A stretch of 64,000 nucleotides of DNA from a virus (taxonomy: Duplodnaviria > Caudoviricetes), in IMG/VR virus record IMGVR_UViG_3300014208_000026, positions 193,182 through 257,181 of that record. One strand, written 5' to 3'. The notes beneath the pieces were generated by a model that saw only the letters and a list, made by a program, of their open reading frames with translations, made no database searches and was not told the origin of the DNA. This document shows positions 27,701-35,878 of this stretch, one piece after another. Within the stretch, counting starts at the first letter, position 1, and each line of letters opens with the position of its first letter. Both the position numbers and the translations under genes were made by a program.

Positions 27701-30155
27701 TTTGCGATACCCCCTGGCCGACGTGGACAAGAGGGACTGCATTTACGTAGGCAACGTGGAGGGGATGGAAGCGTACACTCCGCATTTCACAACTCTCGTG
27801 GATGCGGTTGACTACGTCAATGAGATTTATAACCCTGCCAATGGAAACTACCCGGGTCGGCGGCTTCGTATCCGAGTGGTTGGCTACACAGACGAGCCTG
27901 GGGACAGGTTGCCGATCACGTTCAACGCCGATGGGATCATCATCGAAGGTGAGCCCTCCGCAAGTGTTGCGGGGGAAAAGAAAGAAGTTCGTTGGGACGG
28001 CGGGACAACTCCTGGGTCTGAAGGGGAAATGCCCCTCATCGATTTCAATGGCAGAGATGACATCATCATTCGGGATGTAGCTTTCAGGTGCACCCTGGAT
28101 GAGACCACCTATCCGCCCACTGATCCAGTGCGAGATCAGGCTACTATGCTCAGGGTGCTCTTTACGAACACGGGGGGCGTGTGCCAGCGTCTGGTTATCG
28201 ACAACTGCCGCCTGTACGGACCCGCACAGGGGTTCCTGTCTATTGACGCAGCACATCCCGGGAGTGGTCTGTCTGGCGCCCACATCACCAGGAACTATGC
28301 TGCTGAGGTGTTGGATGCAGGCATTCGTATTTCTCGGAACGTAGAGGTAGCGAACTACAGCGTATTCGAGAACAACACTTTCACTGTCAATGCTTTCCCC
28401 GGGGGGGACTATTCAGGGAATGGTGGGATTTATCTGAATTCCACTTTAGGGGGAGCTAAGGGAGAGGGAATTCGAGTTTCCGGTAACACGCTGACGGGTT
28501 TCCACTTTGGAGTGCTTGTCAATCCCCTCACCGGGGGGTCTGTGACGGATAATACTCTTCTCGGAAGCTACGCTACAGGACTTCAAGTCCTCAGCGGAGA
28601 TTCAAGCGCTGTTTCCAGAAACCGGTTGGTGGATGTCTGTACGGGTATTGCGGGGGGCCCGGGTCTGAGTGTAACTGGATCTAACTGCCATGTGGAGGAT
28701 AACGCCGTTACCATTCAGACCCCCGCTCCTGGAAACGTTGGTATAGCCGTTTCTTCTGGGGCAGGGAATAGCTTTTCGGGCAACACCAGCAATTCGGACA
28801 TCACCTGGGCGAATTCCGTGGATGGGATTCTTCATGGGAATACGGGTACAGTTTTGGGGGTGTCAGGGGTTTCAACAAACCTCGTACTTTCCGCAAATGC
28901 CATTCAAACGGTCACGCTAGCTGCGGCTGCTACGGGGTGTCGTATTACGGATTGTCAGGGTACGGATTTCACCGTAGAAGCTAACTACACTTCTTTGAAA
29001 GGGGTCGTTTTCACCGGGGATATGACCATCAATGGCGATAACGTGAAAGTGGCCGACTGCCAGGGAGGTGCCCTGAAATTGTTCGGGGGCTACGCCAGTG
29101 TGGTGGATACTTCAGTGTCTACTTTGGAAGCAGGGTACAACGCGGGCACTGCCGCTATGGTCTCGACCAACCACAGCCTGACCAACGTGGTTGCTTCGGG
29201 TTTGGTCTATTTCGGGGTTGACGTTCAGGCAGTCAATTGCCGGTTCCTCGATGACACCTACCTGACTTGGTTTGGCTCTCTTCAGAACTGTATTCTGGCG
29301 GATGTTCATGACTACGTTTGGGATTCCCCGACTGCGATAGCCCTCTCTCTTACTTTGATCGGGAATACCATTACCTTAGTGATGGGAGGTGCAGGAGCCT
29401 TGTCGTGTTCGGGCGGGGTTTTCAAGGGGAACCATTTCCTCGGGGACTTCAAAGTCACGGGTAATTCCGATGCACCTCCTTTGGCCGGGGTGTCCCATAT
29501 CATCGACGGGAATACCGTTGGCGGAGATTTGTTTGTTGGTACCGCGGTGCTGTCCGCAAACAACTCCAGGGTGTGTAACAACATCGTCACAGGGGGCCTG
29601 GAGGCATACGGAGAGGACCTTTGCGTTATGGGGAATCATGTGACGGGTAGTGTTGTTGTCGGGGCTGGAGCTTTGGTTGCTGACGGCTCAAAAGTTTCCA
29701 GTAACACCGTGGGAGTGAATTTGACTTTCTGTGGGGATGATGCTTGTGTAAGTGAGAACCGTGTCGTGGGAAATATCTCTATTCAGACGGGACCGGATGG
29801 GTCTGATGTGATCTCTAACAATCAGGCTGTGAACATGGATTTCCCAAACGTAAAGGGAGATTGTTTTGTCCAGGGTAACGTTTTGAGCGGGAACCTGACG
29901 AACATTGGTTTGGGGGGTGTCTATATTGGTAATCGTGTGGCAGGGTTTATGCAGGCTCCGGGTACGAGTGCTGTCGTGATGGGAAACAAAGTGAGCGGAG
30001 CACTGGGGGCCGGAGGTGGGGTTATCGGGACTGCGATAGTCATGGGTAACCGTGCAGCTAGTGTTTTTGGAGTTACGGCTCCCGCTCTGCCCGGGGGTGC
30101 TATGGATGCGGAGCTTGCTGCTGGTGGAACTTACTACAACGTCACGGAGCCCTAG
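24795..30155 (+). CDS. Large tailspike-like protein with C-terminal beta-helix (1786 aa)
   Basis: HFTTLVDAVDY..IRVVG then many I(S/D)GN/VMGN rungs typical of parallel beta-helices. Confidence 0.7.
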   Translation: MTTVPNDTLGASRDTTPTTPTRDPWQEMMERFSPVPASKMVQAAEVIQGLAGSWANSYVLGSGSIMDDNRAQEPGAPSQVQAVLNTLGLPGMPEINFAPYAHRTNRMGSKGGSLIGHPISFSVVGPTLKNPRTNWQWVITDNSGSANGDVLQLDSVETFNLDPTMAPGAFAKTLEDCYGFANLAGFQGGLYVTITQTGAPVTLTGDVYNTAGGMGDGPLNTALNREPLVPKTSYSKSEIFRVIAMDDTPGNHTLTLDPNKRLADYFIIPAFPDNPAIRGITLLKPEATRCLAIPDSGDKTFEKAFIIVSPERALNADNLYPHYDWIDPAFQEDGLPFISAGLVAYYSLPPHLPVPRSVAVIEGRLWGESLDAPSIADLSARMSVVLDETLLSNPGDWAGKIIQIREVKVRGSAKLTIDPGTGWQADLKSLVGWFEVLSWTGADSKYIVRRIDETDPVTGRAYFYPSQAFELDQTVPPVAGDGIDLAITVHEPISSLWSSSYFDYDAVDSARLTNIIDPKWSPRALKSSGAFPGTRPNRADRSVFDTEGDSGTGLYANPGSMADLGFRMVLFPATIDAVTGSIIPDWSRPVTSNEVVLDPAITTEKQWVEIDYANGMIRLSHAPARTGALWPGDPGVFTHPTENPRGELVIFCSCVPYSMEEGQLGGGTRVTGSTTLEGISMPLGAGQTTEMVDVYGERVVVPVAAHDIPSSNGYTGAAASFIQLVGSVASQIPATGFVEILAGQNAAGDPVFADLTVRASTWGYNGVTEDGTYTYLNNIYGGARYAGPDTVAVATADTHVAVFRKQVSLPSQENGRTLVDYQHDTTYGSAKRPKVLRFEDAEPVANVDGSVTIKPRQTLPLSQVELFNDLFSSWLLEGGTLGTPALVGADWVIPYTASVVLWKGRRYALPKGEIHLPAAATTVYLYIGDTAGIYPAWNYAATLPLGDYDHILMHRVDTTVLAPIGVRVDLRYPLADVDKRDCIYVGNVEGMEAYTPHFTTLVDAVDYVNEIYNPANGNYPGRRLRIRVVGYTDEPGDRLPITFNADGIIIEGEPSASVAGEKKEVRWDGGTTPGSEGEMPLIDFNGRDDIIIRDVAFRCTLDETTYPPTDPVRDQATMLRVLFTNTGGVCQRLVIDNCRLYGPAQGFLSIDAAHPGSGLSGAHITRNYAAEVLDAGIRISRNVEVANYSVFENNTFTVNAFPGGDYSGNGGIYLNSTLGGAKGEGIRVSGNTLTGFHFGVLVNPLTGGSVTDNTLLGSYATGLQVLSGDSSAVSRNRLVDVCTGIAGGPGLSVTGSNCHVEDNAVTIQTPAPGNVGIAVSSGAGNSFSGNTSNSDITWANSVDGILHGNTGTVLGVSGVSTNLVLSANAIQTVTLAAAATGCRITDCQGTDFTVEANYTSLKGVVFTGDMTINGDNVKVADCQGGALKLFGGYASVVDTSVSTLEAGYNAGTAAMVSTNHSLTNVVASGLVYFGVDVQAVNCRFLDDTYLTWFGSLQNCILADVHDYVWDSPTAIALSLTLIGNTITLVMGGAGALSCSGGVFKGNHFLGDFKVTGNSDAPPLAGVSHIIDGNTVGGDLFVGTAVLSANNSRVCNNIVTGGLEAYGEDLCVMGNHVTGSVVVGAGALVADGSKVSSNTVGVNLTFCGDDACVSENRVVGNISIQTGPDGSDVISNNQAVNMDFPNVKGDCFVQGNVLSGNLTNIGLGGVYIGNRVAGFMQAPGTSAVVMGNKVSGALGAGGGVIGTAIVMGNRAASVFGVTAPALPGGAMDAELAAGGTYYNVTEP

Positions 30156-31144
30156 TTAGCCGGAGCGGTCACGTCAGCGCAACCGTTTCCCGAGAGGTAG
30201 GCACACCAAGGGGTCTGGCTCTCGGGAGCCAGACTTTCGATCGACACTTCTTTTTCCGTCACGGTGAGATTGAAGAGGTCCACTGCAGCCCCGCTAATCA
30301 GGTTGAACGAGGTCAGGTTCACGGGCTGACGTACCACGAGGTTCCCTTTGTTCCAGAGTTCGACGGTCATGTTCACGTCAGGGTAGAAGTACACACGGGG
30401 AGTGACGGTGCTGGGGGATTCGAGAGAGGCGCCCTGCTGCAAGGTCACGAGGTACGTCGCGGGGTCCGTGACGATCTCCTTGGGGTAGGTGTTCGTCCCA
30501 CTGCCGGGGTCGCATACGCCGTTCCCGTGGACCTTGGGGTCGAACTTCACGGAGTCCTTGTACAGATTCGTCTCGACCAGAACGGTGTCGTTCTCGGTGT
30601 CCACTTTCGCATGAAAGGTTTCGATGGTGTCCTCGTCGGTGCCCTTGAGAAGGTGCAGGCGGGGGCGGTACTCATACCCCGTCTTGTCGGTGCAGTCGAA
30701 GACCAACCGAATCTCGATACCATCGCTCACGGGCACGGGGGACACGCTCAGGTTCTCTTCCTCGTGGAGGCACTCGCCGGTTTCCAGTTCACAGGAGTCC
30801 AGCGTCATGGGGTTGCCGTCGCTGCAAGTCCGCGTCCAGTGTTCGCACTGGCCCTTGTCGTTGCAGCCGTCCAGCGTGCAGGGGTTCTCGTCGTCACACT
30901 GGACGGTCGAGTCACAGACAAAGGAAATGTCGGCGGGCTTGCAGGTGCAATGCGAGCCATCTTCGGTGCAGACACCCGGCAGGACTTCGTCCGACTCACA
31001 CTGGCAGTCGACGGTTTCGCCCGGTTCGCACGTTCCGAGGATGGGGGTGCCCACGTCGAAGTCTTCGAGCCCATCAGCCCCACCGCAACCCGCCAGGATC
31101 GCCAGCACGCCTACGAACATCGTGGTCAGCAGGAACTTCGTCAT
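30152..31144 (-). CDS. Cys-rich lipoprotein
   Basis: MTKFLLTTMFVGVLAILAGC lipobox; CEPGETVDCQC; CDDENPCTLDGC..C.H and CSDGNPMTLDSC..C.H repeats; GAGGAGG RBS. Confidence 0.8.
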   Translation of the reverse strand: MTKFLLTTMFVGVLAILAGCGGADGLEDFDVGTPILGTCEPGETVDCQCESDEVLPGVCTEDGSHCTCKPADISFVCDSTVQCDDENPCTLDGCNDKGQCEHWTRTCSDGNPMTLDSCELETGECLHEEENLSVSPVPVSDGIEIRLVFDCTDKTGYEYRPRLHLLKGTDEDTIETFHAKVDTENDTVLVETNLYKDSVKFDPKVHGNGVCDPGSGTNTYPKEIVTDPATYLVTLQQGASLESPSTVTPRVYFYPDVNMTVELWNKGNLVVRQPVNLTSFNLISGAAVDLFNLTVTEKEVSIESLAPESQTPWCAYLSGNGCADVTAPAN

Positions 31145-31193
31145 CGGAACCTCCTCGTGGGGGTTTGTTTCTTTCTCTATCCCCCCACACCTA

Positions 31194-31224
31194 CTGTATA
31201 CACCAAGGGAGGTGAAAATGAAAC
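31194..31224 (-). promoter_or_regulatory. Early-type (sigma70-like) promoter
   Basis: GTTTCATT-N12-GGTGTATACAG (TTTCAT-N17-TATACA). Confidence 0.75.
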
Positions 31225-31258
31225 TGGAATCGGACAAGATTCGGTTCCAATGGAAAGA

Positions 31259-31279
31259 CTATAGGTTTCTCTTTGTAGG
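31259..31279 (+). promoter_or_regulatory. Late-type promoter motif
   Basis: CTATAG-N6-CTTTGTAGG. Confidence 0.55.
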
Positions 31280-31303
31280 TCTCTACAAGGGAGCGTTCCA
31301 ATC

Positions 31304-31744
31304 ATGCCAACTTTTACCGCCGCCAAGTACGAGACGATTGATTTCAAGCCCCCTGTTGCCGTGGCCGAAGCCGCGAAAAAGGGTTTGGAGTACAGGCGTA
31401 AGGCCAATCCTTCCAGCAAAGGAGGGTTGACGCCGTCAGAAGCGTCCAAACAAGGGATCGGCTCTGGGGTGCAGAGGGCCACGAACTTGTCGAAGCGGGA
31501 CACGCTTTCTCCCGACACCGTGAAAAGGATGCATTCCTTCTTTGCACGCCATGAGAAGAACAAAGGTATCGCACCAGAACTTCGCGAGGAGCCCTGGAAC
31601 GACAAGGGCCATGTTGCTTGGCTTCTGTGGGGTGGGGACCCGGGTAAAACTTGGGCGGACAAGATCGTCGAGCAAATGAACGCCGCAGACGAAAAGAAAA
31701 CGGCCTCTAGGGTTGCTCGAAGATTCCTTGCTAGCCAGAGGTAG
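31304..31744 (+). CDS. Conserved phage hypothetical protein (WGGD motif)
   Basis: PP..VAEAAKKGLEYR..GVQRA..L..DTVKRMHSFFARH..AWLLWGGD.G..WA, a pattern recalled from widespread phage proteins. Confidence 0.75.
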   Translation: MPTFTAAKYETIDFKPPVAVAEAAKKGLEYRRKANPSSKGGLTPSEASKQGIGSGVQRATNLSKRDTLSPDTVKRMHSFFARHEKNKGIAPELREEPWNDKGHVAWLLWGGDPGKTWADKIVEQMNAADEKKTASRVARRFLASQR

Positions 31745-31747
31745 AGG

Positions 31748-31858
31748 CTACTTCCGAAGGAAGCCGTATTCGTAGACCCCTGGCCTCAGTTTCTCACTCA
31801 GCACCTTGAAGGCCGTTTGGAGTTCCGCCCACTCCTCGGGGAACAGGCCACGCCACAA
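31748..31858 (-). pseudogene. Orphan duplicate of the last 36 codons of the R-M gene
   Basis: LWRGLFPEEWAELQTAFKVLSEKLRPGVYEYGFLRK* vs LFRDLFPQEWSELQTAFKALAEKLRPGVYEYGFLRR* (29/36 identical). Confidence 0.9.
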
Positions 31859-31865
31859 AAAAATC

Positions 31866-32795
31866 TCAGACTACGTGTGTCCAAATCTTACCCGCCGCAA
31901 GGTTGCGTATCGTTTTATGACTTACTCCGAAACGTCGGGCTTGAGACATTTTACTAGCCCCTTCGGCGAGTGCTTTTCGGATTTCTCTCACGGCTTCGTC
32001 TGTCAGCCTGTGTGTCCCACTACGTTCTCCTTTTTGGGCTGTACCATGTCGTTGTTTGTCCATGTTATTATCACTGGGGGTGGCATACCGAAGGTTTTTG
32101 AGTTTAGGATTGGTAGGGTCCCCATCCCAATGGGCCACTTGCATTCCGAACGGGCATGGACCCAGGAAGGCACTCGCCACCAGTTTATGGACGGCGTGCA
32201 TTTTAGTGCTATTATTTTTGCTTAAATGGACTCCTGGATAGAGACCTAAGAAAACGGTGTACCTTAGAGTTCCTCTGACAAGGCGTTGTCCACCCCATCG
32301 ATGTTTTACATAATGATCCATGCTTCGTATTCTGCCCCAATCGGAAACTTCATAAAGCCCCTCATATCCAACAACGGGTTTCCATATCTCGCTGGTTTGC
32401 ACAAGTGGGATTGCAACTAGCGGGATGATCATAGGAGTACAGTGGTAGTGTCCTTTCTGGTTGTTGTTGATTAGTGGAGTGGCCCACTGTAAGTTGGTAG
32501 CACAGTTGTTTCCAGGGTTTCCGTCCAGGTGTGCAACGTGGGGGTGTTCTGCAGGATTTGGAACAAAAGCAGCGGCTACAAGTCGATGCACAAGTAACCC
32601 TTTGGTTTTGCAGTCTTTTCTGAAATTCACAAAAAAGTAGCCTTTTACATTTTTATGAAGTACTAACATTCTGCCTCTCAATCGGATTTCATTTGTACCG
32701 CTAGGGACTATCCGGTCTAGGCTACGCACACGCCCTGCGTTGGAAACTTCGTAGTAGCCTTCATATCCCTCAATGGGTTTCCATTCCTCTTGCAT
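31866..32795 (-). CDS. Tandem NUMOD4-HNH homing endonuclease with C-terminal HTH
   Basis: Two copies of EEWKPI.GYEG.YEVS..GR.RS..VH.LVA.AF..V.H.DG...N...NL; AT-rich. Confidence 0.92.
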   Translation of the reverse strand: MQEEWKPIEGYEGYYEVSNAGRVRSLDRIVPSGTNEIRLRGRMLVLHKNVKGYFFVNFRKDCKTKGLLVHRLVAAAFVPNPAEHPHVAHLDGNPGNNCATNLQWATPLINNNQKGHYHCTPMIIPLVAIPLVQTSEIWKPVVGYEGLYEVSDWGRIRSMDHYVKHRWGGQRLVRGTLRYTVFLGLYPGVHLSKNNSTKMHAVHKLVASAFLGPCPFGMQVAHWDGDPTNPKLKNLRYATPSDNNMDKQRHGTAQKGERSGTHRLTDEAVREIRKALAEGASKMSQARRFGVSHKTIRNLAAGKIWTHVV

Positions 32796-32954
32796 CTGTT
32801 ACCTCGAAAGGTATTTTCAATGAGAGGAAACTATAGGCAAGATATCGGTCTTTTCAGTCTGTGGTACTGGCCTAAGAGCAGGCTTTTTCAAAGACAACCG
32901 CACCTAAAACTTGGAATCCACTAGATTTCAAGTCTGGTGTTTTCATCCGCCTGG

Positions 32955-32981
32955 GACCGCGGGCAAAAGCCGGTCTTTTTT
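32955..32981 (+). terminator. Intrinsic terminator-like hairpin
   Basis: GACC..GGC-AAAA-GCC-GGTC followed by T6. Confidence 0.55.
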
Positions 32982-33055
32982 GATTGCCGGAAGCGGCCTA
33001 GGCTAGACTCTGCATTTCAAGCATATTCTAACTTCTGGCTGAAATAGGCAGAGAA

Positions 33056-35566
33056 TTATCGCCGCAGGAAACCGTACTCGTAAACTCCCGGACGCAACTT
33101 TTCCGCTAGTGCCTTGAAGGCCGTTTGGAGTTCTGACCATTCCTGCGGGAACAAGTCCCTGAAAAGGTGCTTGGTTTGGTACAAACCCGCGTCCCAGCTC
33201 GTCAAGTGCAACTCCGGCTTACCGGCTGCATAAGCCTCACGAACGGGCAAGGACTTGACCCAGAGGTTGTCCAGGAGGAAAAGAACCTGTTTAGCTTCGG
33301 GGGAGAGGTTCACCTTGTAACGCAGAACATGGGCCATGTAGGGATCTGGTGTTGATTCTACGGGGTTCCCGAACACGTCCTTAGCAGGGTGGTTTTTGCA
33401 GTCCCGATAGAGCGTTGGCGTCTCAGGAGTGTCGAGGGCAACGAGAGCGCTTGCGTGGTCTTTCCAGAAGAAATGGTTGTGGATATCCCAAGATTTGCCG
33501 GCGTAGGAGACGGAACGCATCGAGGTGCAGTTGTTCGAGTTGTGGAGAAGGGCGTAGACGTGACAAGAATCGAGCCAGCCGGAGTAACCAGGGGTGTCTT
33601 TGGCAGGAGAGAGATATTCGTCTTTCTGGTTGTCCCAGGTTTCGGCGACTAGCTTACGGGCTGCGAAGAGGGCAACAGCACGACGCCAATTGGAACAACG
33701 AACAGAAAGCCCGTGGTTTCGAGTGTCAGCACTCGAAACCACATAGACGAGGGTCCCACTATCACAGAGGTTGTTGCTGTTGTTCCCGAAGAACAGAAGA
33801 GCACCAGGGACAAGAGAGCCCCGTCCTGTTTCTTTCACTTTGAGCCCGCTACTCATTTGCGGAGCGTCCACCCCGCGTGCTTTGCCCAAAGGTTCCCGCA
33901 CCCACTTGGAAGCTTCTCTCCCATCCGCGTTGTAGGCTGTTTTCGTTCCCGTCTTGATAACAGAGAAGTTTTGAACGTCTTTCAGGTCGAGGGGCAATGT
34001 TCTCTTGGAGTCAGTTTTTCCAGGGGAGTTCCAAACGGTGAACGAGATCCCCCAACGGCTGCTCACGTCCGCAAAGTGAGAAGCCTGGAACAGAAACCCT
34101 GACTGGAACTCATACTGGCTATTCCACCAATCCCTGAAGGGTTTGTAACTCCCGCTGCTCATGAAAGTCGGGACGGAGAACAAAGCGACCGTCGACTTCT
34201 CGAATCCGAAGTCCCGTGCAACCTTGTTGAACTGGAACATGAACTGCGTGTAGAGTTGCTGTGAAGCTCCGCCCAGCTTGGCTGTTTTCATCGCCGTGTT
34301 GGTAGCGGTGAGGGCTATTCCCGCTTTACTATCCCCCTCCACAGTTCCTGCATTGTTGGCAGTCCCGTAAGGCGGGTTCCCGAACCACACAAGTCGCTTC
34401 CCAGCCGCAGCCGCTCTACGAAGCCGCTCCACTACGGATTCAGGCAGGACATTCTTGTCTTTGGCGTCGACGAAGAAGAAGGGACTAGGCACTCCAGGGT
34501 TTAGGAAATCGTACTGCACGACCGAAGCACCAGGATTGTAGCTCTGGCTCTTGATTACCTCCACGTCGGGCTTCTCAGCCGTCGAGAGAATCAAGTCCGC
34601 GAACACGTAGTCACGGGTGAGGTTCGCTGTTCCGGCACTCGAATCCCAGACTATGCACTCCTCTTTCCAGTTCGGCCCAAGTACCTTTTCGAGTTCCTTA
34701 TGCGCCGAGTCGGCCCACAAATTCGACGTGTAGAAGGCACCCTGTCTCCGCCTTGCATCATCTTCTATCAACCGGTCCTTCATGGCGTAGAACGCCTCAA
34801 CCTCCGAAGGCCGATACCCCTGTTGGAAGTGGTCGAAGAACGACCGGTACTGGTCGGCGTTCACCACTACCCCGTCCCCATACCCAGGGACGACCAACAC
34901 TCCCCGTTTGACGGGATGGAGATAGACGTCCGTAGGCTGGAAAAGGCACCGCAGGAATACGTCGACCTGTTCGACCGGCGTCAAAGCACTTCCGGTAAAC
35001 ACCCTGTTCTGCCAGTAGTTGAACATGACGCCGACGTTCCCGGGAGTCGCCCGTACGGCGTGAAATTCTCCCTTGGCCAGCACTTCGACCTTGGCGAGTA
35101 CATCACGGAAGTTCAAGCTCCCGTTTACGTCGTACACGTAAGGAAGGAGGTTGAGCCCCGAGACCAACGCCCGCGTTAGTTCCGGTGAGCCCTTGGAAGG
35201 CGCCACCGACCAGTCGATCGGTTGGCTCAGGAAACTCTGGACGGCCGAAGTGCCCAGGACCAAGCACTCGTTCCTATCTCCAACGAACAAGACGTTGGGG
35301 AGGATCTCACCGGCCTGCTCGAATTTCTTGAGATACAGTAACAGTTGCCCCAGAACTCCACAGAGGGAAGCTCGTTCTTTCAGGTGCTCATCGTACTTGG
35401 CTTCCAAGAGCATCCTGACGGTTTGCCAACAGGCTAGGCCATCCGTGTTGTAGGGAGAGGTGAGGGAGACGTCAGGGCGGGTGTTTACTATCTCCGCCCT
35501 ATAGGCGTTCTCGACGTCCTTCTCGGTCAGAGCCGAACCTAGTAACTGGAGAGTCTGCTTACGCAC
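33056..35566 (-). CDS. Type IIG-like fused restriction endonuclease / N6-adenine methyltransferase
   Basis: N-terminal TDG..LLEAK PD-(D/E)xK; RRQGAFYT; WDSSAGTANLT (motif I variant); FGNPPYG (motif IV); C-terminal TRD-like region; GTG start after GAGGA. Confidence 0.8.
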   Translation of the reverse strand: MRKQTLQLLGSALTEKDVENAYRAEIVNTRPDVSLTSPYNTDGLACWQTVRMLLEAKYDEHLKERASLCGVLGQLLLYLKKFEQAGEILPNVLFVGDRNECLVLGTSAVQSFLSQPIDWSVAPSKGSPELTRALVSGLNLLPYVYDVNGSLNFRDVLAKVEVLAKGEFHAVRATPGNVGVMFNYWQNRVFTGSALTPVEQVDVFLRCLFQPTDVYLHPVKRGVLVVPGYGDGVVVNADQYRSFFDHFQQGYRPSEVEAFYAMKDRLIEDDARRRQGAFYTSNLWADSAHKELEKVLGPNWKEECIVWDSSAGTANLTRDYVFADLILSTAEKPDVEVIKSQSYNPGASVVQYDFLNPGVPSPFFFVDAKDKNVLPESVVERLRRAAAAGKRLVWFGNPPYGTANNAGTVEGDSKAGIALTATNTAMKTAKLGGASQQLYTQFMFQFNKVARDFGFEKSTVALFSVPTFMSSGSYKPFRDWWNSQYEFQSGFLFQASHFADVSSRWGISFTVWNSPGKTDSKRTLPLDLKDVQNFSVIKTGTKTAYNADGREASKWVREPLGKARGVDAPQMSSGLKVKETGRGSLVPGALLFFGNNSNNLCDSGTLVYVVSSADTRNHGLSVRCSNWRRAVALFAARKLVAETWDNQKDEYLSPAKDTPGYSGWLDSCHVYALLHNSNNCTSMRSVSYAGKSWDIHNHFFWKDHASALVALDTPETPTLYRDCKNHPAKDVFGNPVESTPDPYMAHVLRYKVNLSPEAKQVLFLLDNLWVKSLPVREAYAAGKPELHLTSWDAGLYQTKHLFRDLFPQEWSELQTAFKALAEKLRPGVYEYGFLRR

Positions 35567-35603
35567 TGGTGGGTTCCTCTGAAGGAACGGTTTCTCTATC
35601 CCC

Positions 35604-35634
35604 CTGTATACACCACGGGGAATGAAAATGAAAC
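35604..35634 (-). promoter_or_regulatory. Early-type promoter
   Basis: GTTTCATT-N12-GGTGTATACAG. Confidence 0.75.
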
Positions 35635-35656
35635 CCAAATCGTTCCGAAGTCCCGA

Positions 35657-35811
35657 ACGCGGTTACACTACAAAACGGCCCTTCTGTAGTGTAACCGCGT
35701 CCAGCAATCACAGGAAAGCACTAGCAATTCGGTCCGTCCGATGGCTAAGGTAAAGACCTTTACCTTAAAGTAAAGGGAGCTTGCACACTAAACCTCCCCG
35801 CTTTAGTGTGC
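35657..35811. repeat. Three perfect inverted repeats
   Basis: 16-bp arms 35657-72/35685-700; 10-bp arms 35746-55/35758-67; 10-bp arms 35783-92/35802-11. Confidence 0.9.
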
Positions 35812-35838
35812 CTTTATGGTCCGGTCGCGGTAGTTTCG

Positions 35839-35859
35839 CTATAGCTTCTGCTATGATAG
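35839..35859 (+). promoter_or_regulatory. Late-type promoter motif (weaker)
   Basis: CTATAG-N6-CTATGATAG. Confidence 0.45.
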
Positions 35860-35878
35860 ACAGGTTGGAGTTTACCCC

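Noticed and set aside
1005-30155. Extracellular contractile injection system or T6SS rather than phage
   Set aside because: It is linked to DnaB, ligase, homing endonucleases, an intein and phage-style promoter classes.
32919-32939. tRNA (anticodon-like loop TTTCAAG / CTTGAAA)
   Set aside because: No acceptor stem, D arm or TTC-containing T arm found on either strand.
32796-33055. Group I intron around the HNH gene
   Set aside because: No recognisable P7/R/S core, and the upstream gene already has a complete end and stop.
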